This document shows, one piece after another, positions 15,740 to 25,247 of a DNA stretch of 64,000 bases. A program made the position numbers and the translations under genes. The notes below the pieces were generated by a model, which saw only the letters and a program-made list of their open reading frames with translations, was not told the DNA's origin and did no database searches. Position 1 is the first letter of the stretch, and every line of letters begins with the position of its first letter. Source of the DNA: a phage. The stretch lies in sequence record PZ172995.1; one strand, given 5' to 3'.

Positions 15740-16474
15740 ATGAAAGAGATGACAGGACAAGGTAAGGAGATTTTTAATCTCTTAAAAACCGGTAGAGGGT
15801 TTTCTAATCCCCTTATTACTGGTGCAGCAGTTCTCGGTGGAACCGTAGCTGCCTCTACATCACTTGTAAGCTCTATTAGCTCTGTAACAGACCCTACAAT
15901 AAAGGATAAACTTGTTGCCGCTGGACTTACAACAGTTCTGCTTAACAGCTTTACAACGAGTCTGACAAGCACTACATCCACCACTAAGACATTGACAGAT
16001 TACGGTCAAAAATCAATTGATGAGTTTTCATCACGTATGCAGGTAGCAAAAGGATATTCCAATGTTATGGGTGCAGCAGGAGAGCAAGTTGGTTGTACAC
16101 CATTTAGTGGTATTATGGGTGTTGCTACAGAATATGGTCAAAAAGCTATTGACACGATTAACAACACGTTAGACAGTGTTAACGGCGTGTTAAGTGACTT
16201 ACAGGATGCTATTGATAAAGGTCTTGATACTGTTTCTGATTTAGCTAACCAAGCTGTTAGCAAGATTAATGAAGGTATCTCGAAGATTACAGCTTATGCA
16301 GATGAAGTTGTGCAGATGATTGAAGAAGAAGCTGCCCTTATTGCAGAGTACCTTAAAACGAATATCAATGGGTTCTTAGCAGGTATTTTACCAGACTGGT
16401 TTGATGATGCTTGTAAAACTGGTGTGATTGACACTATTGCAACACCAGAAATGAAGAACGCATTACAGAAATAA
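15740..16474 (+). CDS. hypothetical Ser/Thr-rich protein encoded inside the tRNA array
   Basis: Track start 15677 lies inside tRNA-Phe; ATG at 15740 has AAAGGTG RBS; low-complexity S/T region then a helical C-terminal half. Confidence 0.6.
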   Translation: MKEMTGQGKEIFNLLKTGRGFSNPLITGAAVLGGTVAASTSLVSSISSVTDPTIKDKLVAAGLTTVLLNSFTTSLTSTTSTTKTLTDYGQKSIDEFSSRMQVAKGYSNVMGAAGEQVGCTPFSGIMGVATEYGQKAIDTINNTLDSVNGVLSDLQDAIDKGLDTVSDLANQAVSKINEGISKITAYADEVVQMIEEEAALIAEYLKTNINGFLAGILPDWFDDACKTGVIDTIATPEMKNALQK

Positions 16475-16475
16475 T

Positions 16476-16568
16476 GGAAGATTAACCCTAAAAGGTAAGG
16501 GAGCAGTTTGCTAAACTGCCAGTAGCTGAGAAATCGGTGTACCAGTTCAAGTCTGGTATCTTCCCCCA
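16476..16568 (+). tRNA. tRNA-Ser (GCT), long variable arm
   Basis: Acceptor GGAAGAT/ATCTTCC, anticodon stem GCAGT/ACTGC with loop TTGCTAA, variable arm about 21 nt, T-arm ACCAG-TTCAAGT-CTGGT, CCA encoded. Confidence 0.75.
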
Positions 16569-16572
16569 ATTT

Positions 16573-16648
16573 GAATCCGTGACAGAAATGGCTATGTGCC
16601 TGTCTGCAAAACAGGTTTATAAGGGTTCGAGTCCCTTCGGATTCTCCA
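16573..16648 (+). tRNA. tRNA-Cys (GCA)
   Basis: Acceptor GAATCCG/CGGATTC, anticodon stem CCTGT/ACAGG with loop CTGCAAA, T-arm AAGGG-TTCGAGT-CCCTT, CCA encoded. Confidence 0.8.
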
Positions 16649-16685
16649 AGTTATTTTACTCTCTCTCAATTAAAATAATAATAAT

Positions 16686-16746
16686 GCCCTGCTATAAGTA
16701 TTCTTCCTTTCGCTACCGAAGAGTATTTTTAGACAGGGCTTTTTTA
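16686..16746 (+). terminator. putative terminator (long imperfect hairpin plus T-run) after the tRNA array
   Basis: GCCCTG ... CAGGGC followed by TTTTTT. Confidence 0.45.
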
Positions 16747-16810
16747 CAGAGTTATACTTTATAAGAAGGCTTATACAGTATGTCTCTGACGTACATTGTG
16801 GTTTCTCCTT

Positions 16811-16834
16811 GACGGTCTCTGTACCGTCTTTTTT
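16811..16834 (+). terminator. Rho-independent terminator after the tRNA array
   Basis: GACGGT-CTCTGT-ACCGTC followed by TTTTTT. Confidence 0.75.
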
Positions 16835-16870
16835 AAGGGGAAACATGGTTAATTATTTGGAGAAAACATA

Positions 16871-17071
16871 ATGAGTGAGACCGTTTATAAAGAACTTTAT
16901 GAAGCTAACAAAAAGCTAGAATTTATGCAGAACACTATCATGGCAATTGCAGATAGATTGTCTGTAGCAACAGGTATTGATATCAAAGAAGCCTCTATGG
17001 ATACACTTCTTGATGCTGTTGATGCAAAGTTCGAAGTTAAGAAAGAAGAGACTGCTACAGACTCTGAATAA
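16871..17071 (+). CDS. hypothetical small acidic protein immediately upstream of the large terminase
   Basis: ORF with GGAGAAA RBS; position would fit a small terminase partner but sequence is uninformative. Confidence 0.5.
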   Translation: MSETVYKELYEANKKLEFMQNTIMAIADRLSVATGIDIKEASMDTLLDAVDAKFEVKKEETATDSE

Positions 17072-17092
17072 TTCTATTTGCGGAGGTGCTTA

Positions 17093-18694
17093 ATGGACTT
17101 AAATGCTGTTAAGCAGAAGCGAGTGGAAGATGTTAGGAAAGTCCTAGCTGGAGAGTTGGGGCTTTCTGATGAAGTAAAAGAAATTATCAAATCATTCGGT
17201 AAAGACCCCTCTAAATTCCTTCCAACTCAAATTCTGACTTTATTAAGATACACACCAGACCAAGTTAGACTTATCTTCAAATTGATGACTGATAAGAACT
17301 ATGTAGCCCCTCAGCCGGGTTCTCAAGAGGTGTTTTTAAATACTAATGCTGACTTGGTTTTATATGGTGGTGCTGCTGGTGCTGGTAAAACTGCTGCATT
17401 GTTAATGGACTCTTTAAGGTTTATTGAAGACCCTAACTATAATGCTGTATATTTCCGTCGAAATACAACACAGTTACAAGGTGGTTTATGGCCTGCTGCA
17501 AAGAAACTATTTGGTAAGTTTGGTGGGGTTCCGCACGAGCAGAAGATGACTATCACATTCCCTTCTGGGGCAACTATCAAGTTCACCTACCTAGAACTTG
17601 AAAAGCACGCTGAAGGTCATCAGGGTATTGAATACTCAGCTATCTATTTTGACGAAGGTACACACTTCTCTGCTTCACAGATTTCATACCTACAGACCCG
17701 TCTACGTTCTGGTGCTGAAGGTGACTCATACATGAAGATTTCTATGAACCCAGATAGAGACCACTTCATTTATGATTGGGTAGAACCATTCTTAGATGAA
17801 GAAGGTTACCCAGACCCTGAGAAGTGCGGTCGTATTCGTTGGTATGTTATGAATGATGGTGTGATGGTTTCTGATTGGGAGAGAGACAAGATTCTTGAAA
17901 TGTTCCCTCTTGAGATTCCTCAGACATACACCTTCATCTCTGGTACGATTGATGATAACCCAATTCTTGACTTCTTAGAACCTAAATATCGTGGTAAGTT
18001 GGAAAACAACACACCTGTAAACGTTGCAAGACTTCGTTTCGGTAACTGGAAGGCTCGTGCAGAAGGTTCAAACTATTGGCAAAGACAATGGTGTGAGATT
18101 GTTGATTCACTCCCAGAAGATGTGTTTGATGTCAGAGCATGGGACTTAGCAGCAACTTTACCATCTGAGATTAACCCTAATCCAGACTGGACAGCAGGTG
18201 TTAAGATGGGTAAATCTAAAAAAGACGGTTGCTATTATATCATTGATGTAGTAAGATTTAGAGATAGACCCTCTGGAGTCGAAACACAAATTAATTTGAC
18301 TGCTGAAAGTGACGGTAAGCGAACTGGTATTTTTATCCCTCAAGACCCAGGCGCTGCTGGTAAATCCTATGCAACATCCCTCATCAGGAAACTTGCCGAG
18401 AAAGGTTATCGCGCAAGAGCTAAACCAACAAATAAAGATAAAGTTACCCGCTTTGCGGGATTTTCTGCTGCTTCTGAAGCTGGACTTGTAAAAGTCTTGA
18501 GAGGAAGTTGGAACGAAGCTTATTTCCAAGAACTTGAAGGTTTTTGTGGTGATGGCAAAACTAAAGATGACCAAGTGGATGCTACCAGTGATGCTTTCAA
18601 CAGTCTTAACGAAGTTAAATTATTCAAGCCACCATCAATGGGTGCTCACACAGACTTAGTGAGAGGAAACCCATACGAGGGGCTTAGACGTTGA
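17093..18694 (+). CDS. terminase large subunit
   Basis: Walker A GGAAGAGKT and Walker B IYFDEGTH in the translation; C-terminal nuclease-like domain; ATG at 17093 with GGAGGTG RBS (track start 17078 is TTG). Confidence 0.9.
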   Translation: MDLNAVKQKRVEDVRKVLAGELGLSDEVKEIIKSFGKDPSKFLPTQILTLLRYTPDQVRLIFKLMTDKNYVAPQPGSQEVFLNTNADLVLYGGAAGAGKTAALLMDSLRFIEDPNYNAVYFRRNTTQLQGGLWPAAKKLFGKFGGVPHEQKMTITFPSGATIKFTYLELEKHAEGHQGIEYSAIYFDEGTHFSASQISYLQTRLRSGAEGDSYMKISMNPDRDHFIYDWVEPFLDEEGYPDPEKCGRIRWYVMNDGVMVSDWERDKILEMFPLEIPQTYTFISGTIDDNPILDFLEPKYRGKLENNTPVNVARLRFGNWKARAEGSNYWQRQWCEIVDSLPEDVFDVRAWDLAATLPSEINPNPDWTAGVKMGKSKKDGCYYIIDVVRFRDRPSGVETQINLTAESDGKRTGIFIPQDPGAAGKSYATSLIRKLAEKGYRARAKPTNKDKVTRFAGFSAASEAGLVKVLRGSWNEAYFQELEGFCGDGKTKDDQVDATSDAFNSLNEVKLFKPPSMGAHTDLVRGNPYEGLRR

Positions 18695-18710
18695 TAGCTA
18701 GGTGAGAAGA

Positions 18711-20177
18711 ATGGCAGAAATTACAGAAACACAAGAAAGCTTACCACCATTTAGAATGGGTGAAGTAGGTTCTTTGGGTCTGAAGGTTAAGAATGGTAGA
18801 ATCTATGAAGAACCTCGTCAGGCACTAAGGTTCCCTGAAAGTATTAAAACTTTCCAATTAATGATGCGTGACCCTGCTGTAGCAGCATCTGTAAATATTA
18901 TTAAGATGTTTGTCAGAAAAGTCAACTGGAGATTCGTACCTCCAAAGGGAAAAGAGCAAGACCCTAAAATGCTTGAAAGAGCAGACTTCTTTAATTCTTT
19001 AATGGATGACATGGAGCATGATTGGGCAGATTTTATTAACTCTGTAATGTCATTCTGCACTTATGGGTTCTGTGTTAACGAAAAGGTTTATAAGAAACGT
19101 CAGGGTAAAAAAGGAAAGTATCAGTCGAAATTTGATGATGGTCTAATTGGGTGGGCTAAATTACCAATCAGAAACCAGTCAACGCTTGATAAGTGGTATT
19201 TTGACGAAGACTTTAGAAAAGTTACTGGTGTCAGACAAAATCTAAGAAATGTTTCACATATTGCTGGAGCAATTAATCTTGGAGAAAGACCACTAACAAG
19301 AAAACTTCCACGAGCTAAATTCATGCTGTTTAAGTATGATGATGAGTATGGTAACCCAGAAGGTCGTTCACCATTACTTAATGCTTATGTACCGTGGAAG
19401 TATAAAGTACAGATTGAAGAGTATGAAGCTGTTGGTGTTTCAAGAGACTTAGTAGGTATGCCAAAGATTGGTTTACCACCAGATTATCTGGATGAAAATG
19501 CAGAACCTGAAAAGAAAGCTTTCGTACAATACTGCAAAACTGTTGTTAATGATATGATTGCTAATGACAGAGCAGGTTTAATCTGGCCTAGATATATCGA
19601 CCCAGATACTAAAGAGGATATTTTTGAGTTCTCATTAGTTTCTAGACAGGGTGCTAAAGCATACGATACAGGTTCTATTATTGACAGATATTCCAAGCAA
19701 ATTATGATGGCATTTATGTCAGATGTTCTTGCTATGGGTCAGTCAAAATACGGTTCATTCTCTCTTGCAGATTCTAAGACAAGCTTATTAGCAATGTCAG
19801 TAGATATTCTGCTGAAGCAAATTAAGAACGTAATTAACCGTGACTTAGTTGCACAGACTTATGCTCTTAATATGTGGGATGATGAAGAACATGTGCAAAT
19901 CACATATGATGATATCGAAACTCCAGACCTTGAAGCAATTGGTTCTTATATTCAGAAGACTGTTGCAGTAGGTGCTTTGGAAGTTGACAAAGAGCTATCT
20001 AACAAACTTAGAGAGCATATTGGTCTTCCTCCTGCTGATGAGTCTCAGCCAGTATCTGAAAAGCTTTCTCCGAATAGTCAAAGCCGTTCAGGAGATGGTT
20101 ATAAGACCGCTGGGGAAGGTACTGCAAAGACACCTTCAGCGAAAGACCCAAGCACAGCAAATAAGGCAAATAAATAA
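18711..20177 (+). CDS. portal protein
   Basis: About 490-aa protein directly after the terminase with acidic C-terminus; ATG at 18711 with RBS (track start is GTG). Confidence 0.7.
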   Translation: MAEITETQESLPPFRMGEVGSLGLKVKNGRIYEEPRQALRFPESIKTFQLMMRDPAVAASVNIIKMFVRKVNWRFVPPKGKEQDPKMLERADFFNSLMDDMEHDWADFINSVMSFCTYGFCVNEKVYKKRQGKKGKYQSKFDDGLIGWAKLPIRNQSTLDKWYFDEDFRKVTGVRQNLRNVSHIAGAINLGERPLTRKLPRAKFMLFKYDDEYGNPEGRSPLLNAYVPWKYKVQIEEYEAVGVSRDLVGMPKIGLPPDYLDENAEPEKKAFVQYCKTVVNDMIANDRAGLIWPRYIDPDTKEDIFEFSLVSRQGAKAYDTGSIIDRYSKQIMMAFMSDVLAMGQSKYGSFSLADSKTSLLAMSVDILLKQIKNVINRDLVAQTYALNMWDDEEHVQITYDDIETPDLEAIGSYIQKTVAVGALEVDKELSNKLREHIGLPPADESQPVSEKLSPNSQSRSGDGYKTAGEGTAKTPSAKDPSTANKANK

Positions 20178-20677
20178 TGGCTGAAGTTATCTCTATTTCA
20201 AATGCTACACGAGTGCATTCGTATAGAGGTGTCCTTATCATTACTGATAAGTTATCTGTAGAGGCTGGCTCAAGGGTCAGCCTTTCAGGTTATGTTAGTG
20301 ATGGTGGAATCTCTGACGTTTTCACTATTTGTAGGTTACTTGATGCACCAATGAGTGGAAAACCGTTTATTTCAGGAAATTGTAGTGAAATTGTTAAAAT
20401 TCCATTTGACAGTTCATGCCTTTTGGGTGTAAAGTTATATAACTGCGAGAATAAACGTATCAATGTTAATAGCATTGAAGCCGCTTTCATTACCCTCGAC
20501 ACTGCATTTCAATCTCCAATGACAGTTAATAAAGAAACAAACAGACTTGAATACATTTTTTCACAAAATGATTACAAAGTACTTGTCAAAGGTAAAGTAT
20601 ATGATATGATTGTAAATGTGGTAGATGAATCTGGTAACCATTCAACAGTCCTTAAACAAAAAGTAAGGTTTAATTAA
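20177..20677 (+). CDS. hypothetical head-associated protein
   Basis: ORF coupled to portal (TAATG overlap). Confidence 0.55.
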   Translation: MAEVISISNATRVHSYRGVLIITDKLSVEAGSRVSLSGYVSDGGISDVFTICRLLDAPMSGKPFISGNCSEIVKIPFDSSCLLGVKLYNCENKRINVNSIEAAFITLDTAFQSPMTVNKETNRLEYIFSQNDYKVLVKGKVYDMIVNVVDESGNHSTVLKQKVRFN

Positions 20678-21009
20678 TGGGAACATTAACTATTGATGGT
20701 AAGAATAAAATCCTCGCCACGCTAACCCCAACGACTATTATTTTACACAATGTAGACCCAACGGCAGACCCTACAGCAAATAAGGTTACTCAGCCAGTGG
20801 CTATTTATTTTTCTGAACCGGATAATGGCTTAATTGCCTCAGAAGACACAGTTAATATTACTGTCCCAGCTTCTGCAACGGTCTCACACTATAGCTTGTG
20901 GGATGCTAACGATAAATGCGTGGCAACTGGTGCTCTTAGCAAACCTCAATTCTTTGCTGAAGAAGGTATCTATGTTATCTCTTCAGTCTCTGTAGATTTA
21001 AACAAATAG
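20677..21009 (+). CDS. hypothetical protein
   Basis: ORF with AAGGT RBS, coupled. Confidence 0.55.
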   Translation: MGTLTIDGKNKILATLTPTTIILHNVDPTADPTANKVTQPVAIYFSEPDNGLIASEDTVNITVPASATVSHYSLWDANDKCVATGALSKPQFFAEEGIYVISSVSVDLNK

Positions 21010-21020
21010 GGTGAGTAAAA

Positions 21021-22367
21021 ATGAGTTCGAATATCTTCAGACTTGCTGATAGATTATTCAACCAACCTTTACTAGCCACTGAATCATTAGCTCACTCAGC
21101 AGCAACTTATGTGAATAACAGATTGCTGGGTGATGTCCAAGCAGCAGTAAACTTTGATAAACCTAAAGGTGAAGCAAGAAGTCTTTTAAAAGTAAAAGAC
21201 GATATTGCTATTATCCCTATTATGGGTGGTTTAACTCATCGTATGACATTCATTGATGCAATGTGTACAGGTGGTTTAAGCTCTTATGAAGGTTTACGCA
21301 GAGGCTTTGACGAAGCTCTAGCAGATGAGTCAATCAAGACTATTGTTCTGCACATTGATTCTGGTGGTGGTGAAGCTTCAGGTTGCTTTGAATTAGCACG
21401 TCACATCATGGCTTCAAGAGGCCAAAAGAAAATTATTGCTTATGTAGATGAGTTCGCTTGTTCCGCTGCATATGCTCTTGCATCTTCTGCTGAAGAAATT
21501 ATTGCATCACCAGATGCAGATGTTGGTTCTATTGGTGTAATCATGGTTCATCAGGAATTAACTAAGGCATTTGAAAAGAATGGCGTAACAATTAACGTCA
21601 TCAAAGCTGGTGAGTTTAAAGGTATGGGTTCACCATTCCAAGCACTTTCAGAAGAAAGCAAAGAAAGACTTCAAAAGAGAATTAATGATACCTACGCAAC
21701 CTTTACAGGTTTTGTAGCTGAATCTCGTAATCTCTCTGAAGAAGCTGTAAAGAATACTGAGGCGAATGTTTATTCTGCTCAGGAAGCTCTTGAACTTGGT
21801 TTAATTAACTCAATCATGTCTCAAGATGATTTCTTAAATTACTTACAAGGTTCTGAAGAGGCTCCTGTAAGTTTAAACGTTAACAATTCAGGTGAAGAAA
21901 TGACTGAACAAGAAAAGCAAGAACTAGAAGCTTTGCGTCTTCAGGTTGCTCAAATGAAAGCTAAAGAACAGGAAGCTGCTTTGTCAGATTTGACTAATAA
22001 GATTTCTGCTTCTGCTGAAGCTTTTGGATTTGATGCAAAAGAAGCTGCAACGACTATTTTAGGTGCTGGTCTTGATAACCCTCTGAGTGTTCTGTTTATG
22101 AATGCTATGGAAGGTGCTAACCAGAAACTTAATGAAACTATCGCATCCCATGCTTCTGCAATGGAAGAAAAAGAATCAGAAATTACCAAGCTGAAAGAAA
22201 CTGCTGGTGCTGTTCTTGAACATTCCAACGCTATGGAAGAAGTGGGTAATGACGGCGAAGCTGATTTGGTTGAAGAAGAAAAAGAACCAGCTAAGAATGC
22301 TTCCGAAGACACCGCTGAACAACGCAAACTGGCTCTCCAGAATGCTCTAAAATCTCTTATCAAATAA
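21021..22367 (+). CDS. prohead protease (S49/ClpP-like) fused to an acidic coiled-coil scaffold-like C-terminal region
   Basis: IDSGGGEASG and FACSAAYALASSA protease-like motifs in N-terminal half; E/K/A-rich repetitive C-terminal half. Confidence 0.8.
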   Translation: MSSNIFRLADRLFNQPLLATESLAHSAATYVNNRLLGDVQAAVNFDKPKGEARSLLKVKDDIAIIPIMGGLTHRMTFIDAMCTGGLSSYEGLRRGFDEALADESIKTIVLHIDSGGGEASGCFELARHIMASRGQKKIIAYVDEFACSAAYALASSAEEIIASPDADVGSIGVIMVHQELTKAFEKNGVTINVIKAGEFKGMGSPFQALSEESKERLQKRINDTYATFTGFVAESRNLSEEAVKNTEANVYSAQEALELGLINSIMSQDDFLNYLQGSEEAPVSLNVNNSGEEMTEQEKQELEALRLQVAQMKAKEQEAALSDLTNKISASAEAFGFDAKEAATTILGAGLDNPLSVLFMNAMEGANQKLNETIASHASAMEEKESEITKLKETAGAVLEHSNAMEEVGNDGEADLVEEEKEPAKNASEDTAEQRKLALQNALKSLIK

Positions 22368-22378
22368 GGAACACAACA

Positions 22379-22756
22379 ATGGCATATCAAGGTTTTACTA
22401 AGTTAGGTAAAAGAGAACCTCTGAATGATATCATTCTTTGGGAACAGGTTACCCCAACAGGCCACTCTCGTAAAGAGTACACTCCACAGGCGTCTACAGA
22501 ATATCGTGTAGGTGAGGTTCTGAAGGCAGACGGTACTAAAGTTACAGCAGGACAAGAAGCTCAGGCTGATTCGGTATGTATCGTTAACTTCTATGCAGAC
22601 CTGCAACTGTCTTACCACGGTCAGTTGAAAGTTGTTGGCATTTACCGCGACGCAGAACTAAAAGACCTGCTTACTCTTGAGTCTGGTGTTGATGCTGCCG
22701 CAGTCAAGACAGCTCTGGCTGCTAAAGGTATTGATTTCGTACCAACTGGCCTGTAA
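22379..22756 (+). CDS. hypothetical head protein
   Basis: ORF between protease and capsid genes. Confidence 0.5.
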   Translation: MAYQGFTKLGKREPLNDIILWEQVTPTGHSRKEYTPQASTEYRVGEVLKADGTKVTAGQEAQADSVCIVNFYADLQLSYHGQLKVVGIYRDAELKDLLTLESGVDAAAVKTALAAKGIDFVPTGL

Positions 22757-22789
22757 TAACAATAATAAGACATTCTGGAGAATTTTACA

Positions 22790-23896
22790 ATGTTGACTAA
22801 TTCTGAAAAAAGCAGATTTTTCCTTGCTGACCTGACTGGTGAAGTCCAGTCTATCCCAAATACTTATGGGTATATTTCCAACTTAGGTCTGTTCCGTTCA
22901 GCACCAATCACCCAAACTACTTTCCTTATGGACTTGACTGATTGGGATGTTAGCTTGCTTGATGCGGTAGACCGTGATAGCCGTAAAGCAGAGACTAGCG
23001 CACCTGAGCGTGTTCGCCAAATCAGCTTCCCAATGATGTACTTCAAAGAAGTTGAAAGCATCACTCCTGATGAGATTCAGGGTGTACGTCAGCCAGGCAC
23101 TGCAAACGAACTGACTACTGAAGCTGTAGTACGTGCTAAGAAGCTGATGAAGATTCGTACCAAGTTCGATATTACTCGTGAGTTCCTGTTTATGCAAGCT
23201 CTGAAGGGTAAAGTTGTCGATGCTCGTGGTACTCTGTACGCTGACCTGTACAAGCAGTTCGACGTTGAGAAGAAGACTATTTACTTCGACCTTGACAATC
23301 CTAATGCTGACATTGACGCTGCTATTGAAGAACTGCGTATGCACATGGAAGACGAAGCTAAGACTGGCACTGTAATCAACGGTGAAGAAATTCACGTAGT
23401 TGTTGACCGCTTATTCTTCAGCAAACTGGTTAAACACCCTAAGATTCGTGACGCTTATCTTGCACAGCAGACTCCGCTGGCTTGGCAACAGATTACTGGT
23501 TCTCTGAGAACTGGTGGTACTGACGGCGTTCAGGCTCACATGAACACCTTCTACTACGGTGGTGTTAAGTTTGTCCAGTACAACGGTAAGTTCAAAGACA
23601 AGCGTGGCAAGGTTCACACTCTGGTGAGCATTGATAGTGTAGCAGCAACTGTTGGTGTAGGTCATGCTTTCCCTAACGTTTCTATGCTGGGTGAAGCAAA
23701 CAACATCTTCGAAGTGGCATATGGTCCATGTCCTAAGATGGGTTATGCAAATACACTTGGTCAGGAACTGTATGTATTCGAATACGAAAAAGACCGTGAC
23801 GAAGGTATTGACTTTGAAGCTCACTCTTACATGCTGCCATACTGCACACGTCCTCAGTTGCTGGTAGACGTTCGTTCTGACGCTAAACCAGACTAA
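22790..23896 (+). CDS. major capsid protein (by synteny and size)
   Basis: 368-aa ORF with GGAGA RBS directly after the protease/scaffold and small head gene. Confidence 0.65.
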   Translation: MLTNSEKSRFFLADLTGEVQSIPNTYGYISNLGLFRSAPITQTTFLMDLTDWDVSLLDAVDRDSRKAETSAPERVRQISFPMMYFKEVESITPDEIQGVRQPGTANELTTEAVVRAKKLMKIRTKFDITREFLFMQALKGKVVDARGTLYADLYKQFDVEKKTIYFDLDNPNADIDAAIEELRMHMEDEAKTGTVINGEEIHVVVDRLFFSKLVKHPKIRDAYLAQQTPLAWQQITGSLRTGGTDGVQAHMNTFYYGGVKFVQYNGKFKDKRGKVHTLVSIDSVAATVGVGHAFPNVSMLGEANNIFEVAYGPCPKMGYANTLGQELYVFEYEKDRDEGIDFEAHSYMLPYCTRPQLLVDVRSDAKPD

Positions 23897-23917
23897 TATT
23901 CTTAAGGGGGGTTATGA

Positions 23918-24367
23918 ATGTGCTATACAGGCGACCCAGCCAATAACCCTCTTGATAGAGTAAGAATCCTCTGCACAGACACCAATAATGATGAAATTCT
24001 TATTGAACAGTCTGTGCTAGAGTGGTTCTATCTAGAATCTGGAAAGGATGAAAAGAAAGCAGCCATCAAAGCTCTTAAATATTTACTCTTTCAAGTAGCC
24101 AAGATGGGAGATGAGAAGGTTGGTGGTGTTTATTTACGTAACTCTTCCAGATTCAAATCTCTGAAAGCTGTTTATGACGACCTTGTTAAAAGCTCTGTTT
24201 CAGGACTACCCTATGCAGGTGGTATTAACCAGTGTGACATTGACATGCGTCGTCAGAATCCTTGCTCTGTCAAGAAATACACAGAATATGGTGATGCTGC
24301 CAGATACGAAGGCAGAGATTACTGCAACCGTGTTAATGGCGTATTTATTATCGAGCGAGATGAATAA
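23918..24367 (+). CDS. putative head-tail connector/adaptor protein
   Basis: Synteny only. Confidence 0.4.
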   Translation: MCYTGDPANNPLDRVRILCTDTNNDEILIEQSVLEWFYLESGKDEKKAAIKALKYLLFQVAKMGDEKVGGVYLRNSSRFKSLKAVYDDLVKSSVSGLPYAGGINQCDIDMRRQNPCSVKKYTEYGDAARYEGRDYCNRVNGVFIIERDE

Positions 24368-24849
24368 TGGTTAAAAGGGTTATTCACCCCGCTAGAGCAA
24401 AATTAGTCGGGGCTATGAAGAACTTGCAAACGGCTAATGCTCAAGTTGGGTATTTTCAAGAACAAGGTCAACATAGCTCTGGTTTTTCTTATCCTGCTTT
24501 AATGTATTTACAAGAAGTTATTGGGGTTCCTTCAGCTTCTGGTAAAGTATATCGTAGGTTGTTTGAAATCACTATGATGCTAAACAGACAGACCTTGTTA
24601 GAGCAGACTAAGAAGAATCTATATAAGCAACTTAGCAGTCTCAACACAGACCCTTCAAATACCTTAGAAGCATTTGCAAAGAATGCTCAGAAGGCAATTA
24701 AAAGAGGTTTTGGTAATTCTGCTATCCTCCCTCCTAACGCACCTTCCACAGTCAAGAAAAAAGGCTTTAATGCACCTCTTGTTGAGACAGGTGACTTAAG
24801 GGATAACCTTGCTTATAAAATTTCTACTAAGAAGGGTATTAAAAAATGA
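24367..24849 (+). CDS. putative head completion or neck protein
   Basis: Synteny; overlapping start/stop. Confidence 0.4.
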   Translation: MVKRVIHPARAKLVGAMKNLQTANAQVGYFQEQGQHSSGFSYPALMYLQEVIGVPSASGKVYRRLFEITMMLNRQTLLEQTKKNLYKQLSSLNTDPSNTLEAFAKNAQKAIKRGFGNSAILPPNAPSTVKKKGFNAPLVETGDLRDNLAYKISTKKGIKK

Positions 24850-25247
24850 GACTCTTAAACAGACACAGCTTTGTAGTAAAGCGTAAAGTCTCTGAAGACG
24901 GTTATTATAATGATGATGGTGATTGGGTAGCTTCACAAGATATTGTAGAGGTTAACTGTAAAGGTAATATCCAACCATACATCAAAGGTTCTGTAAAGAA
25001 TGGTACGCAGATTGCTTTACCGGAAGGTATTAGGCTCACTGATACAAGAATCCTGTATACAACATATAAACTTAGAACTTCAGATGATGTAGAGTGGAAT
25101 GAGTCTGATATTGTTATGATTGATGGTCATGAGTATGAAGTATTTATGACTATGGATTGGTCACAGCAATTAGCCCATACGTCCCATTATGAATATATCA
25201 TTATTAGAAGGGATAAAATGAATGCAGTTAGAAACAGCAGAACTTGA
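24846..25247 (+). CDS. putative neck or tail-completion protein
   Basis: Synteny; ATGA overlap. Confidence 0.4.
   Translation: MRLLNRHSFVVKRKVSEDGYYNDDGDWVASQDIVEVNCKGNIQPYIKGSVKNGTQIALPEGIRLTDTRILYTTYKLRTSDDVEWNESDIVMIDGHEYEVFMTMDWSQQLAHTSHYEYIIIRRDKMNAVRNSRT

Noticed and set aside
11561-16764. ORF-track entries overlapping the tRNA array (11561..11866-, 11613..11855+, 12194..12451-, 13202..13405+, 13451..13648+, 14144..14329-, 15727..15984-, 16294..16569-, 16537..16764+)
   Set aside because: They coincide with tRNA genes or structured RNA, lack RBS and have low-complexity translations; treated as chance ORFs
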